Of a stretch of DNA of 64,000 nt, positions 39,120 through 48,988 are shown in pieces. The first letter of the stretch is position 1, and every line of letters begins with the position of its first letter. The notes below the pieces were generated by a model. The model had not been told where the DNA came from, did not search any database, and saw only the letters and a program-made list of their open reading frames with translations. The DNA is from Calditrichaceae bacterium. GTDB taxonomy: Bacteria > Calditrichota > Calditrichia > Calditrichales > JBFXGD01. The stretch lies in the NCBI GenBank assembly GCA_050173015.1, contig JBFXLE010000008.1:32584-96583 (forward strand), written 5' to 3'. The position numbers were made by a program, and so were the translations under genes.

Positions 39120-40574
39120 ATGAAATTTAAAGAATACACCATTAACAAGATAGATGATTTCCTATACGAAATTCCGAGGAGCGGCGATATGCTGCAGCCC
39201 GGCCGAATCTACGCGTCTCCGGCGATGATGGATGATTTAATCCGGGAAAAGGAACCACTCCAGCAGGTAATCAATGTAGCGCACTTGCCCGGGATTGAAA
39301 AATATTCACTTGCCATGCCTGATATTCACTGGGGTTACGGATTTCCAATCGGCGGAGTGGCGGCAACCGACTGGCAGGACGGGGTAATTTCTCCCGGCGG
39401 AGTGGGGTACGATATTAATTGCGGTGTGAGACTCGCATCAACTTCACTTACCTATAACGACATCATAAAGCGCTTGCCTTCGTTGATTGATGAACTTTTC
39501 AGGGTGATTCCGACCGGTCTCGGCTCTTCAAACGCTATAAAAAAGCTAAGTCATTCAGAAATGAAAAAATTGCTGGAACAGGGTGTCGGGTGGATGGTAA
39601 CACAGGGGTACGGTACTGACGACGATATTGAGAATATTGAAGAGCGGGGACATTTGCTCCATGCGGAAGCATCTGCCGTGAGCAACCGGGCTATTGAAAG
39701 GGGCCAGGTTCAGATGGGAACGCTTGGTTCCGGAAATCACTTTCTTGAAGTCGATGTGGTTGATCATATTTATGAAACCGGAGCGGCTGAAACAATGGGA
39801 TTGTTCAAGAACCAGATCGTCGTCTTAATACACACCGGTTCACGCGGGTTTGGCTATCAGGTATGCGATGATTATTTAAAGGTGATGGGAAAAGCGGCGT
39901 CAAAATACCGTTTAAATCTCCCGGACCGGCAGCTGGCGTCGGCTCCGATCCAGAGTCCGGAGGGCAGGCAATATCTGTCCGCGATGGCATGTGCCGCAAA
40001 TTTTGCCTGGTGCAACCGTCAGGTAATAATGGCTCTCGCCGGAAAAGCATTCAAAAAAGTATTCGGCCTGCCGGATGATACATTAAATTTTCGTCTGATT
40101 TATGATGTGTCTCATAATATAGCAAAAAAAGAAATTCATACTATCAACAATGTGGAAAAGCAGGTTTGTGTTCACCGAAAAGGCGCGACAAGGGCTTTTG
40201 CGCCGGAAAATCCGGATATACCCGAACGATACCGCGAAATCGGTCAACCGGTTCTGGTACCTGGTGATATGGGACGCTATTCATTCGTTTGCACAGGCAC
40301 TCATAAAGCCGAATCGGATACATTTGGAAGCACCTGTCATGGAGCGGGCAGGCTGCACAGCAGAAATCAGGCGAAAAGAATGTCCATGGGAAGAAATCTT
40401 ATCAGGGAAATGAGTGATATGGGTGTTCTCGTTCAGGCGCGCGGTAAAGCGACAATCGCCGAGGAAATGCCCTATGCGTATAAAGATGTAGCTGATGTGG
40501 TTAATGTGATGCATCAAAGCGGCATCAGTCTTAAAGTTGCTAAACTAAAGCCGCTTGGCGTTATAAAAGGCTGA
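39120..40574 (+). CDS. rtcB: RNA-splicing/repair ligase RtcB
   Basis: MPDIHWGYGFPIGG, GYDINCGVR, GNHFLE, HTGSRG, HN, HRKGATR, CHGAGR, EEMPYAYK. Confidence 0.97.
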   Translation: MKFKEYTINKIDDFLYEIPRSGDMLQPGRIYASPAMMDDLIREKEPLQQVINVAHLPGIEKYSLAMPDIHWGYGFPIGGVAATDWQDGVISPGGVGYDINCGVRLASTSLTYNDIIKRLPSLIDELFRVIPTGLGSSNAIKKLSHSEMKKLLEQGVGWMVTQGYGTDDDIENIEERGHLLHAEASAVSNRAIERGQVQMGTLGSGNHFLEVDVVDHIYETGAAETMGLFKNQIVVLIHTGSRGFGYQVCDDYLKVMGKAASKYRLNLPDRQLASAPIQSPEGRQYLSAMACAANFAWCNRQVIMALAGKAFKKVFGLPDDTLNFRLIYDVSHNIAKKEIHTINNVEKQVCVHRKGATRAFAPENPDIPERYREIGQPVLVPGDMGRYSFVCTGTHKAESDTFGSTCHGAGRLHSRNQAKRMSMGRNLIREMSDMGVLVQARGKATIAEEMPYAYKDVADVVNVMHQSGISLKVAKLKPLGVIKG

Positions 40575-40577
40575 ACT

Positions 40578-41099
40578 TCATTGGCTGGATTCCTGACCGA
40601 CGGGAATGACCACCTTGCTGCGTACAATAAATGCTTCTTTGTAACCGTAATCTTTCGCGATTTCCCTGATTCGTTCCGCCTCGTTTCGGTCAATGGCGTT
40701 TCCCACCCTGACTTTATACAGCGGGGCCTCGAATGTGAGATATGTCTTAAACTTCAGTACACCGAACTGATCTGTTGCCTCCTGCTGGACCAGTGTAGCC
40801 GTTTCAATATTCCTGGTGGCCAGTATCTGGACCCGAAAACCATCGACTTCTTTAACCGGCTCCATCGACGGTTGATTGTAACCGGCATCCCGGTCCTGCC
40901 CCGCCTTTATATCCGCCGGAGAAGTGATTTCCCTGTCCCCGACACTAATATCGTCATCGTTGAGGGTAAGAGGATCAAAAGATTCATCAAATTTCCCTTT
41001 CTGAACCTTTTCCTCGGGTATGGATTCTTTGGATGTGGATTTTACGGAAGCACAGCCAAACATCATTATTATAGCCAAAAGTCCTATAATTATTCTCAT
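40578..41099 (-). CDS. SPOR-domain lipoprotein
   Basis: Lipobox MFGC; GFRVQI, PLYKVRVG, GYKEAFIV. Confidence 0.88.
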   Translation of the reverse strand: MRIIIGLLAIIMMFGCASVKSTSKESIPEEKVQKGKFDESFDPLTLNDDDISVGDREITSPADIKAGQDRDAGYNQPSMEPVKEVDGFRVQILATRNIETATLVQQEATDQFGVLKFKTYLTFEAPLYKVRVGNAIDRNEAERIREIAKDYGYKEAFIVRSKVVIPVGQESSQ

Positions 41100-41108
41100 A
41101 TTTTCCTC

Positions 41109-41864
41109 TTAAATAATTTCAAAATTTTCCCGCTGCAGCCAGCCTGTTTTTCCATCAGCCAGCTTAACTTCAAACCACATCTGGTTTTGCCGCTCAATCC
41201 TCACCTTGGCCCCTTCATGAACTACAAATAATTCAGTTCCGGTATCCGACGGTTCGGCATAAAGTGTCACTGAAGCGTCTAATATAATGCCGTATTTTTC
41301 AGTTTCAAAAATATATATTTTGTTGATCAGAATAAATGAAAACACCATAAAAACCGTTAAAACAACAGCAAAAATGCCCTTAAGTCCTCCATGCCTCCCG
41401 CGGGATCTGTAATAAAGCCGCAATCCGCCAATGATAAGTGACAGCCAAAACAATACACTCACGAGAATCGTCAGCAGACTGATATTGAATAAGTTGAGAA
41501 GAGCCTCCCACCAGGCGGTCAGAAACAAACGCGGCGGATTTTCAATCTGATCCACCAATCTGGCCTGCACGAGTTTTTGATTCTGTTCTAACGCTTCATC
41601 CCCCTTTAAAAATTTTTGGGCGCGTTCATAGGCCAATCTGGCCTTTCCTATTTTCCCAAGGCGATAATACGAATTCCCGATATTGAAATACAGTTCTCCG
41701 CTTTCAAAGCCCTTTTCTAAAATCCTGTCATACACCTCGAGCGCCTGATCAAAATTTCCCTGCTGATACAATTGATTACCCTGGTCGAAATATTGCTGTA
41801 TATCCTGAGCATAACCTGTTGTGAATGAGGTCAGCAGGAGAATAATAAAAAGTTTTTTAATCAT
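41109..41864 (-). CDS. batE: BatE-like TPR + SH3b protein
   Basis: Signal peptide, TPRs (LYFNIGNSYYR), two TM helices, C-terminal SH3b (HEGAKV..W..GKTGW); TAATG overlap with batD. Confidence 0.85.
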   Translation of the reverse strand: MIKKLFIILLLTSFTTGYAQDIQQYFDQGNQLYQQGNFDQALEVYDRILEKGFESGELYFNIGNSYYRLGKIGKARLAYERAQKFLKGDEALEQNQKLVQARLVDQIENPPRLFLTAWWEALLNLFNISLLTILVSVLFWLSLIIGGLRLYYRSRGRHGGLKGIFAVVLTVFMVFSFILINKIYIFETEKYGIILDASVTLYAEPSDTGTELFVVHEGAKVRIERQNQMWFEVKLADGKTGWLQRENFEII

Positions 41865-43684
41865 TATATCCATTTCTCTAATTTTGTTAGAATAGACTTT
41901 GCCCTGTTATAAAGATCATTCTTATCCACATTATTAGCCGAAATGTTCGCGAACTGACGGAAATCGCTTTCTTCGAGAACTTCCAGATATTCCTGAATTT
42001 CGCTATCGGCAATTCCCTTATGACACAATGATTTTTCCAGATTTTGTCTTCCAAAATCAGTCAGTTCCAAATTTAGTTTATTCTGGACAAATCCCTGCAA
42101 TGCCTGCGATATGGAACGATAGAATTCCGATTGATTTTCCAGGGAAATCTTCTTCCTGGCGTCGGCCAGCGCTTTTCCGGCAATTCTTCCCGCCTTTTTC
42201 CTTCGCGCCAGCTCCTGATTTCCGGAGAGCCTGACCTGATAGTCATTATAAACAGAAAAACCGATAAACAGCATCAGACCGGAAAAAATGCTTATCCAGA
42301 ATAAATAGCTCATGTAAGGCTTTTTACCAATGGGGACAAATGTTGAATTTTCTTTGATAAATCTGATATCCTGCCCTAAAAGCGATACTTCCTGCCGGTT
42401 AAATTGCTGAATGCCATTCCCGGCGGTTAACTGTCCGCTTTCACCGCTGATCGTTAATTCTATGGGTTTACTGGAAATCGTTATGTATTTTTTTTGCTCA
42501 GGATCGAAATATGAGAAAGAAACGGGTTTAATATTATAGTTCCCGGCAATACGTGGAATCAGTATATATTCTGCCTTTTTTTCTCCCCGGATAATAGAGC
42601 CACTATTGTTGATATCGGTTACAATTTTAGGTTCATATTTTTCAATATCAGGCGGAATCGCCGGAGCAGGCAGATTGGTCAATTTAATATTTCCGACACC
42701 GCTCAATACCTGTTTCAAAGAAATAGCGTTATTAATATTTGAGGCCTGCTTATCCACCGAGACATCGAATTTGAACTGGCCAACCGCTCCCCCGAATCCT
42801 TTAGGTTTGCCGCTTTCCGGAAGTGGTTTCACCTTTATTTTCACCGGATTGCTGCTGATCGTTTTCTGAACGGTTGTGCCTAGAGCGTCATTAAAGAAGT
42901 TATCGAAAAGCCCTCTCTGACTTTGACGCGACCGGACCACCGCTTCCATCGTAATAAGCATGGGATCGATCGTTAATTCACCTGTCTGAGTCGGAAAAAC
43001 AGCTACTTCCTTAAGAATAGCGACATTATAATTAACACCGTTGACAATTTCATTCTCGATGACCGGTTGCTGCGGCATTTTAAATTCTTCCGTCCAGAAT
43101 CCTGCATTCGACGGCATTTTATCGATATTATAGCCGCGGACGTTAACTTTGAAATAAAGCTTATACTCTATAATTATCTGTTCACCTAAATAGACGTTCG
43201 TCTTTGATACATTTGTTTTTAGATATAAATTCTCTCCGGCAATATCAGCATCAGTTGTTGTTTTTTGTCCGGACGAGTTTGGAGCGGCCGGCTGACCGGA
43301 AGATTTATCCACATTGATAATTATTTCCTCCGACTCAAGAAGCTCACCATCAACGGTTACAGACGCTCTTCCTATTCTAAGATCACCCGATTTACGAGGC
43401 TTCAAATAGAATGAAAAGGATTTGGAGGACGTCATATTGCCGTTGATCCATTGAATACTTGTGGATGAATTAGGACCGGAAAGAATGTAAAAATCATCAA
43501 ATTCGGGAAACGTGACTTCCGGAAGCGATGTTGATTTTCCGGAAAGTTCTACCGAATACTGAATTTGTCCATCAATATTGACATTGTTTTTGTTCACAAC
43601 CGCCCGGATTGAGACATCTCCGGAGAAGGCTGAACCTGCGGTAACAGCCATAAACATGGCTGTTAAAAATATTCTTTTTAGCAT
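41864..43684 (-). CDS. batD: BatD family protein
   Basis: Signal peptide, repeated Ig-like domains (GPNSSTSIQWING, GAVGQF, GVGNI, FSYFDP), TM, cytoplasmic tail. Confidence 0.88.
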   Translation of the reverse strand: MLKRIFLTAMFMAVTAGSAFSGDVSIRAVVNKNNVNIDGQIQYSVELSGKSTSLPEVTFPEFDDFYILSGPNSSTSIQWINGNMTSSKSFSFYLKPRKSGDLRIGRASVTVDGELLESEEIIINVDKSSGQPAAPNSSGQKTTTDADIAGENLYLKTNVSKTNVYLGEQIIIEYKLYFKVNVRGYNIDKMPSNAGFWTEEFKMPQQPVIENEIVNGVNYNVAILKEVAVFPTQTGELTIDPMLITMEAVVRSRQSQRGLFDNFFNDALGTTVQKTISSNPVKIKVKPLPESGKPKGFGGAVGQFKFDVSVDKQASNINNAISLKQVLSGVGNIKLTNLPAPAIPPDIEKYEPKIVTDINNSGSIIRGEKKAEYILIPRIAGNYNIKPVSFSYFDPEQKKYITISSKPIELTISGESGQLTAGNGIQQFNRQEVSLLGQDIRFIKENSTFVPIGKKPYMSYLFWISIFSGLMLFIGFSVYNDYQVRLSGNQELARRKKAGRIAGKALADARKKISLENQSEFYRSISQALQGFVQNKLNLELTDFGRQNLEKSLCHKGIADSEIQEYLEVLEESDFRQFANISANNVDKNDLYNRAKSILTKLEKWI

Positions 43685-43688
43685 ACAA

Positions 43689-44459
43689 TTACCAATCTTT
43701 TCCAACCTGTCTGCGTCCTCCGCGTACCGGCGGTTTATTTTTCTGAGATTCCTGCTCTTCGGCGCGCAGCGCGTTTAGAATTCGCTCTGCCTCCTGCCGG
43801 TCCATCTGCTCTTTATCTTGAGAGGCTTGTTGCTGTTCCTGCTGTTTTTCTTCTTCTGAAGATTTCTGCTGCTCTTGCTGTTCCTGCTGCTTTTGCTGCT
43901 CGTCTTTCTCTTGTTTCTTATCTTTCTGCTGATCCTGCTCTCCGGATTGCTGATCTTCGCTCTTTTCTCCGGAACCTGATTGCTGTTGCTGCTGTTGATT
44001 CTGTTGGTTCGGCTGCTGCTCTTGTTTATCGGCCATTTCTTTCAATTTTGCCCTGGCCAGTTCAAGATTATATTTCGCATCTTGATCAGAAGGATTCAGC
44101 TCGAGTGATTTTTTATACGCGTCGATACTTTCCTGTAATTTATCCTTCTGAAAATAACTGTTGCCGATATTGTAATATGCTTTGGCTGTCAGTTCTGTAT
44201 CTTTGCTGCCCAATAATTTTTGATTAGCCTCAATAGCTTCATCATACTTTTTCATTTTATAGAGCGCGTCGCCTTGATTGAAGATAGTTTTTTCATTCTG
44301 CGGATCATCAAGGAGCGCATCCTGGTACTTTGCGAGAGCATCCTCATATTTCTCCTGTTTGTACAGAGAATTCCCCTCGTTCACTTTTGATCTGATTCCC
44401 TGCCCAAAGGTATTTTGGGTTAACATCAATATGATAAGAATATATAAGAAATTTTTCAT
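43689..44459 (-). CDS. batC: BatC-like TPR protein with Gln-rich tail
   Basis: TPRs (AYYNIGNSYF, DAKYNLELA), Q/E-rich linker, EAERILNAL, C-terminal KDW. Confidence 0.88.
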   Translation of the reverse strand: MKNFLYILIILMLTQNTFGQGIRSKVNEGNSLYKQEKYEDALAKYQDALLDDPQNEKTIFNQGDALYKMKKYDEAIEANQKLLGSKDTELTAKAYYNIGNSYFQKDKLQESIDAYKKSLELNPSDQDAKYNLELARAKLKEMADKQEQQPNQQNQQQQQQSGSGEKSEDQQSGEQDQQKDKKQEKDEQQKQQEQQEQQKSSEEEKQQEQQQASQDKEQMDRQEAERILNALRAEEQESQKNKPPVRGGRRQVGKDW

Positions 44460-45493
44460 AAGCCGTTCATCTGATTATTTGCATATTTTTTTTTACGTAC
44501 CGGTAAAAACGTTTCGATTCCAAGCAGAACAATCGCAATTAAAATAAAGATCTGAAACCGGTCTTCATATTGGGAAAATTGTCTGGATTTTAATTCTTTT
44601 TTTTCCATTTTGTTCACATCATCATAAATCTGACCCAGCTCTGTTTCACCCGCGCTTGAAATATAATACTTTCCGTTGGTTAAATAGGCAATTTTTTGTA
44701 GCGTTGTTACATCGAGTTTTGTTGTGACCACATTCCCTTCACGGTCTTTTTTAAAGCCTGCCGGACGGCCTGACCGGTCATAGACAGGAATCGGCACTCC
44801 CTGCGGCGAACCCAGGCCGATTGTATAGATCAATATTCCCTCTTTCGCCGCCTCTTCCGCAGCGGCAATCGGATCGGTTTCATGATCTTCACCATCGGTT
44901 ATCAAAATAAGCACTTTATGTTTCCGTTCCTTCTGATTAAACGCTTTCATGGAAGTTTTTATCGCGTCACCTAAGGATGTTCCCGGCACCGGTATCAAAT
45001 CCGTATCCATCATTCTGAGGAACAACTTTGCCGCTGAATAATCAAGCGTCAGCGGACACTGGACGTGGGCCATGCCGGAAAACGCCACCAGACCGATGCG
45101 GTCACCCTGCAGTAAATCAATTAATTTTGCTATCTGATGCTTTGCTTTTTCAAGCCGGTTCGGCGCGATATCCTCCGCCTTCATGCTGAGAGAAACATCC
45201 AATGCGACAATGATATCAACACCTTCACGCTTCACTTCTTCCAGCCGCGTCCCGATCTGCGGATTCGCGAGCGCGATGATCAGCATACCGTAAGCGGCAG
45301 TAAACAACACCGCTTTCCAAATGACCCGCCCTTTGCTGAAACCGGGCATCATTTTCTTTAGCATCTCGATATGGCCGAAACTTTTAAGCAACGCTTCTTT
45401 TTTCCGGAATACGTAAATAAAGAAGCCGATGATCAAAAATATACCCCAAAGCCCGTGCAGCCAGGATGGGTTGTCAAATCTCAATACGTCCAT
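44456..45493 (-). CDS. batB: BatB vWA-domain membrane protein
   Basis: ALANPQIG, MIDAS DVSLSM, PLTLDY, ITDGEDH. Confidence 0.9.
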   Translation of the reverse strand: MDVLRFDNPSWLHGLWGIFLIIGFFIYVFRKKEALLKSFGHIEMLKKMMPGFSKGRVIWKAVLFTAAYGMLIIALANPQIGTRLEEVKREGVDIIVALDVSLSMKAEDIAPNRLEKAKHQIAKLIDLLQGDRIGLVAFSGMAHVQCPLTLDYSAAKLFLRMMDTDLIPVPGTSLGDAIKTSMKAFNQKERKHKVLILITDGEDHETDPIAAAEEAAKEGILIYTIGLGSPQGVPIPVYDRSGRPAGFKKDREGNVVTTKLDVTTLQKIAYLTNGKYYISSAGETELGQIYDDVNKMEKKELKSRQFSQYEDRFQIFILIAIVLLGIETFLPVRKKKYANNQMNGL

Positions 45494-45523
45494 TCTTACC
45501 TATAAAATTTTAATGTTATCATC

Positions 45524-46519
45524 TCAGGGTAATTTTCTGAAATAAGTATTGCTCAGAATCGACTCGGCGATGAGCAAGAAAAGACCTATTCCCAGATAAT
45601 AGATGAACAGTTCTTCGTATCTTGTAAACTCATTCACTTCAATTTTGGTTTGCTCCATTTCACCGATTTCATCATAAATATCCTTAAGTTTTTGTTCGTT
45701 CGTAGCCCGGAAATATTTTCCTCCGGTAATCCCGGCTATTTCCCGCAATACCTGTTCGTCTATCTCCACTTCCATCGGAACATACCGCCGTCCGAAAATC
45801 GGGTCATCTACCGGATACATGGCCGTCCCCTGTTTTCCCGCGCCGATGGTGTAAATTTTTATGCCGAATGAATGAGCGATTCTTGCCGCGGTGATTGGAT
45901 CAACCTGACCACGGTTATTGATCCCGTCCGTGAGCAGGATTACCACTTTACTTTTTGCTTTACTGTCGCGTAAACGATTCGCCGCGTTGACAATTCCCAT
46001 TCCGATAGCGGTTCCGTCCCAATCTTTATCGGCGACTTTTACTTCTTCCAGAAGTGTCAGCAAGACCCCGTAATCCAGTGTTAAAGGGCATTGAGTAAAG
46101 CTCTCACCCGCAAACACCACCATCCCGAGACGGTCATTTTTTCGGCCCTTAATAAAATCTTCCGCAACAATTTTCGCTGCTTCGAGACGATTATTTGGTT
46201 TAAAATCTTCAGCCAGCATACTACTGGAGACATCCATGGCCATGACAATATCAACACCTTCAGTCGTTACGAGCTCCTCCCTGCTGCTTGACTGCGGTCG
46301 CGCGAGCGCCAGAATGAGCATGACAAAAGCTATCAACCTGGCAAGAAAAAGAGTATGATGCAGCCGCTGCTTTGTGCTGCTGCCTAATCTCTTTATTAGT
46401 CCGACATCAGAATATTTCATTTTACCGCCGCTTTTCCGGTTTCCGCGCAGATACCAGTAAACCATTCCGGGCAGAATCAGTAATAACAGCAGGTAGGCAG
46501 GATCAGCAAATCGGAACAT
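45524..46519 (-). CDS. batA: BatA vWA-domain membrane protein
   Basis: ALARPQ, MIDAS DVSSSM, GTAIG, LLTDG, TGGKYFRA. Confidence 0.92.
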   Translation of the reverse strand: MFRFADPAYLLLLLILPGMVYWYLRGNRKSGGKMKYSDVGLIKRLGSSTKQRLHHTLFLARLIAFVMLILALARPQSSSREELVTTEGVDIVMAMDVSSSMLAEDFKPNNRLEAAKIVAEDFIKGRKNDRLGMVVFAGESFTQCPLTLDYGVLLTLLEEVKVADKDWDGTAIGMGIVNAANRLRDSKAKSKVVILLTDGINNRGQVDPITAARIAHSFGIKIYTIGAGKQGTAMYPVDDPIFGRRYVPMEVEIDEQVLREIAGITGGKYFRATNEQKLKDIYDEIGEMEQTKIEVNEFTRYEELFIYYLGIGLFLLIAESILSNTYFRKLP

Positions 46520-47868
46520 TATTTCTCTGAAGTCTCCTCTAAATTTTTATCTATAATCAGATTGTTTTTGGATTTAAATATTTCATCAAGCACCGCTTCA
46601 TCCACGGCCACAACATCTCCGTCAATCGGATTTTTCACATATACAATGCCATTCTTCCCGGTACCGATTTCCAGTTCGGCCGTTCTCATATCACCCGCAA
46701 AAATTTCTATCATACCGGCGGGACTTGTCAGTCCGTAAGGAAACAAATAAGTCGGATTTTCCGCGACAAATTTCTTCACCGTCAAATTTTTCAAAGACTT
46801 CAATATATTATTGACGTTCTGTATTTTCACCTTTTCACCCGTTTGCAGTTGCCAATCATTAAGACTATCCCGGGACAGGGTGATCAAATTTCCTTTATAA
46901 AGCAGATTTATACGATCCACACTCGGAATATCAAAATACAGAATCTTTTTGCACCGGTACTCATACAGACTTTTATTCAATGAATTCACATAAGAGCTGT
47001 CAGTTTCAAATATCAAAGTTCTTTTTTCATCAATCCCGTAAATGATGTCTTTGCGCGGGTTTGAAAAACCGACACCCGACTCCAGTTCATCGGCGTTGTT
47101 GAGTAATTCAATACTGACCGCGGGATTAGACAACCCATACCTGTTCAGGTTACGCTTATGCTCGGATACAACAGATGCAATTCTTCCGCCGGTCAGGGTA
47201 TTCAGCATGTTTTCCACAGCATATTGATCAGCTTTTGTATTCATCGGCCGACTCATTCTCCATTCGCTTCCGTCCCTAACAAACGCAAAATTACCAAACT
47301 GATTCTCTAAAATAATAGATTGAATATTGTTCATGTCAAACTGTGTAATTTTTTTATCACGTAATTCAAAGAGCGACTGCCCCGCGTTCCTTTTGAGAGC
47401 CGATCCGGTAAGACATACCAAAGAATCCGACAGTGCCGCGTAAATTTTTTCTCCGGCCGCCGTCTCAATTCCGATTTTAACGGAATCCCCTGATCCGGAG
47501 CTGCCTGTCAGGACAATCAACGCCGCCTCATCCGTCAATCCGTATGGTGACATCTCTTCACCCCTTACCGGAAAGGGATTTTCCATCTTCGCGTCAGATA
47601 TCGTTTGCAGTAGCAGATTTACGGAATTTTCATCTGCTTCTGTCAGAACCGGTTTAATAATCTGCCAGCCGGCCGTTGTTTTTGTCAGAACAAAATGTTC
47701 ATCCTGCCTGATAAGCTCTATAATATTTATGCTGTCCCTCTCCGTCCGGAACAGTTTTTCTATTTTCTTACTCTTTGATTCACGTTCAATGCCGCCATCA
47801 ATTTTGAACAGAAAAAACAATGCGACTAACCCAAATGCGGCGAGAAGAATAATAATTGGTTTACGCAT
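46519..47868 (-). CDS. DUF4340-family membrane-anchored periplasmic protein (three repeats)
   Basis: N-terminal TM; three units of W..(P...AD)...V..LL...YGL..P; TAATG overlap with batA. Confidence 0.78.
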   Translation of the reverse strand: MRKPIIILLAAFGLVALFFLFKIDGGIERESKSKKIEKLFRTERDSINIIELIRQDEHFVLTKTTAGWQIIKPVLTEADENSVNLLLQTISDAKMENPFPVRGEEMSPYGLTDEAALIVLTGSSGSGDSVKIGIETAAGEKIYAALSDSLVCLTGSALKRNAGQSLFELRDKKITQFDMNNIQSIILENQFGNFAFVRDGSEWRMSRPMNTKADQYAVENMLNTLTGGRIASVVSEHKRNLNRYGLSNPAVSIELLNNADELESGVGFSNPRKDIIYGIDEKRTLIFETDSSYVNSLNKSLYEYRCKKILYFDIPSVDRINLLYKGNLITLSRDSLNDWQLQTGEKVKIQNVNNILKSLKNLTVKKFVAENPTYLFPYGLTSPAGMIEIFAGDMRTAELEIGTGKNGIVYVKNPIDGDVVAVDEAVLDEIFKSKNNLIIDKNLEETSEK

Positions 47869-47961
47869 TAATTTAATTTTCCTCTGTTCCCGTATTTTAA
47901 TAATCTTTCAACCATGCCTTTTACCAGATCTCTCTACCTCCGATAAGACGGAGCGATTAAT

Positions 47962-48981
47962 TTATTTATGATCACCCGCTGTTTTATTCGCTTCTGCCGC
48001 CGGCAGAAGCGCGCCATTTTCCTGTATATTTTTTTCCGGTTCGGATTCATAGATTATCTTTGTCCGATCAACAAAAGACCTTGCTTTTATTTTCAGGGAT
48101 TCTGTTTCATCCATATCCGGGATGTGTTTGGCAAATTTAACTAAATCAGACATGACGAGCACATCTAACAGATCTTGTCTGATTGATTCATTCGTAAGCT
48201 GTGCTTTTAAATCTCTCATAATTTCAGCCGTTGTCTCTTCAAGCGCGGATAAATAGTAACGCCCTTCAAGATATCTGCGCAAAATATCTGACATCTGCGT
48301 AAAGAATAATTTCAGCTGTCCTTTTTCCAGTAAATCTGACCTGAACAATTTATCGAGCGCCTTTAAAGCTACCTGGTGAGCGGGCTCCGGAGGCGGCGGC
48401 GGACTGAATATATATCCTTTTTCTTTTCGTTGCTTCCAGAACCGGTATCCAAAAAAGGCGATTACGCCGGTTAAAAAGATGATGCCGAGAACTAAAATCC
48501 AGAATTTATAATTAAACGGGATATCGATTGGCGGTTTGACGTCTTTTAATTCGGGCGCATCGTCATCTGCCAGAACCGACTTAACATATATATCTATCGG
48601 AGATGCCTCTATAATTTGATATATGTTACTCGTATCCGAAGGAAAATAAGCAATCGGAAACGGCGGGATGGTAAATTTTCCCGTATCAAAAACGGATATG
48701 CTGAAATCAAACCGTTCGATGATCCTGCCATCTTTATTTATTGGATCGTAAAACTTATAATCCTTTATCTCAAACATCCCCAGATTCAACCCTTCACCGG
48801 GCTTCTCAATTCTGAGATTTTCCGCGCGGTCGATGATAATCGAATAAAGTATGCGGTCTCCAATGGTAATCGTTGAAGTATCCACCACCGACTGGACCTC
48901 AATTAGTATGTTTTCGCCGGCTTTCACTTCATGAATAGCGGGACTCAGGAAAAGAATTATTGTAAGGATTATTTTTTTCAT
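47962..48981 (-). CDS. Bat-operon single-pass membrane protein (BatD-like Ig domain, TM, helical tail)
   Basis: Signal peptide, VDTSTITIGDRI, FDTGKFTIP, LKDVKPP, TM, RRYLEGRY..ALEETT, SDLVKFAK. Confidence 0.8.
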   Translation of the reverse strand: MKKIILTIILFLSPAIHEVKAGENILIEVQSVVDTSTITIGDRILYSIIIDRAENLRIEKPGEGLNLGMFEIKDYKFYDPINKDGRIIERFDFSISVFDTGKFTIPPFPIAYFPSDTSNIYQIIEASPIDIYVKSVLADDDAPELKDVKPPIDIPFNYKFWILVLGIIFLTGVIAFFGYRFWKQRKEKGYIFSPPPPPEPAHQVALKALDKLFRSDLLEKGQLKLFFTQMSDILRRYLEGRYYLSALEETTAEIMRDLKAQLTNESIRQDLLDVLVMSDLVKFAKHIPDMDETESLKIKARSFVDRTKIIYESEPEKNIQENGALLPAAEANKTAGDHK

Positions 48982-48988
48982 AAGATAA

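Noticed and set aside
40581..41231. 216-aa plus-strand ORF, the longest alternative ORF
   Set aside because: Antisense shadow of the SPOR lipoprotein and batE 3' end; no recognisable motifs
43790..44040. CTG/TTG-rich low-complexity stretch resembling a tandem repeat or array
   Set aside because: Encodes the Gln/Glu-rich linker normal for BatC; no fixed repeat-spacer period, so not CRISPR
47936..47954. Small hairpin CTCCG-N6-CGGAG within the Bat operon
   Set aside because: Only a 5-bp stem and no U-run; too weak to call
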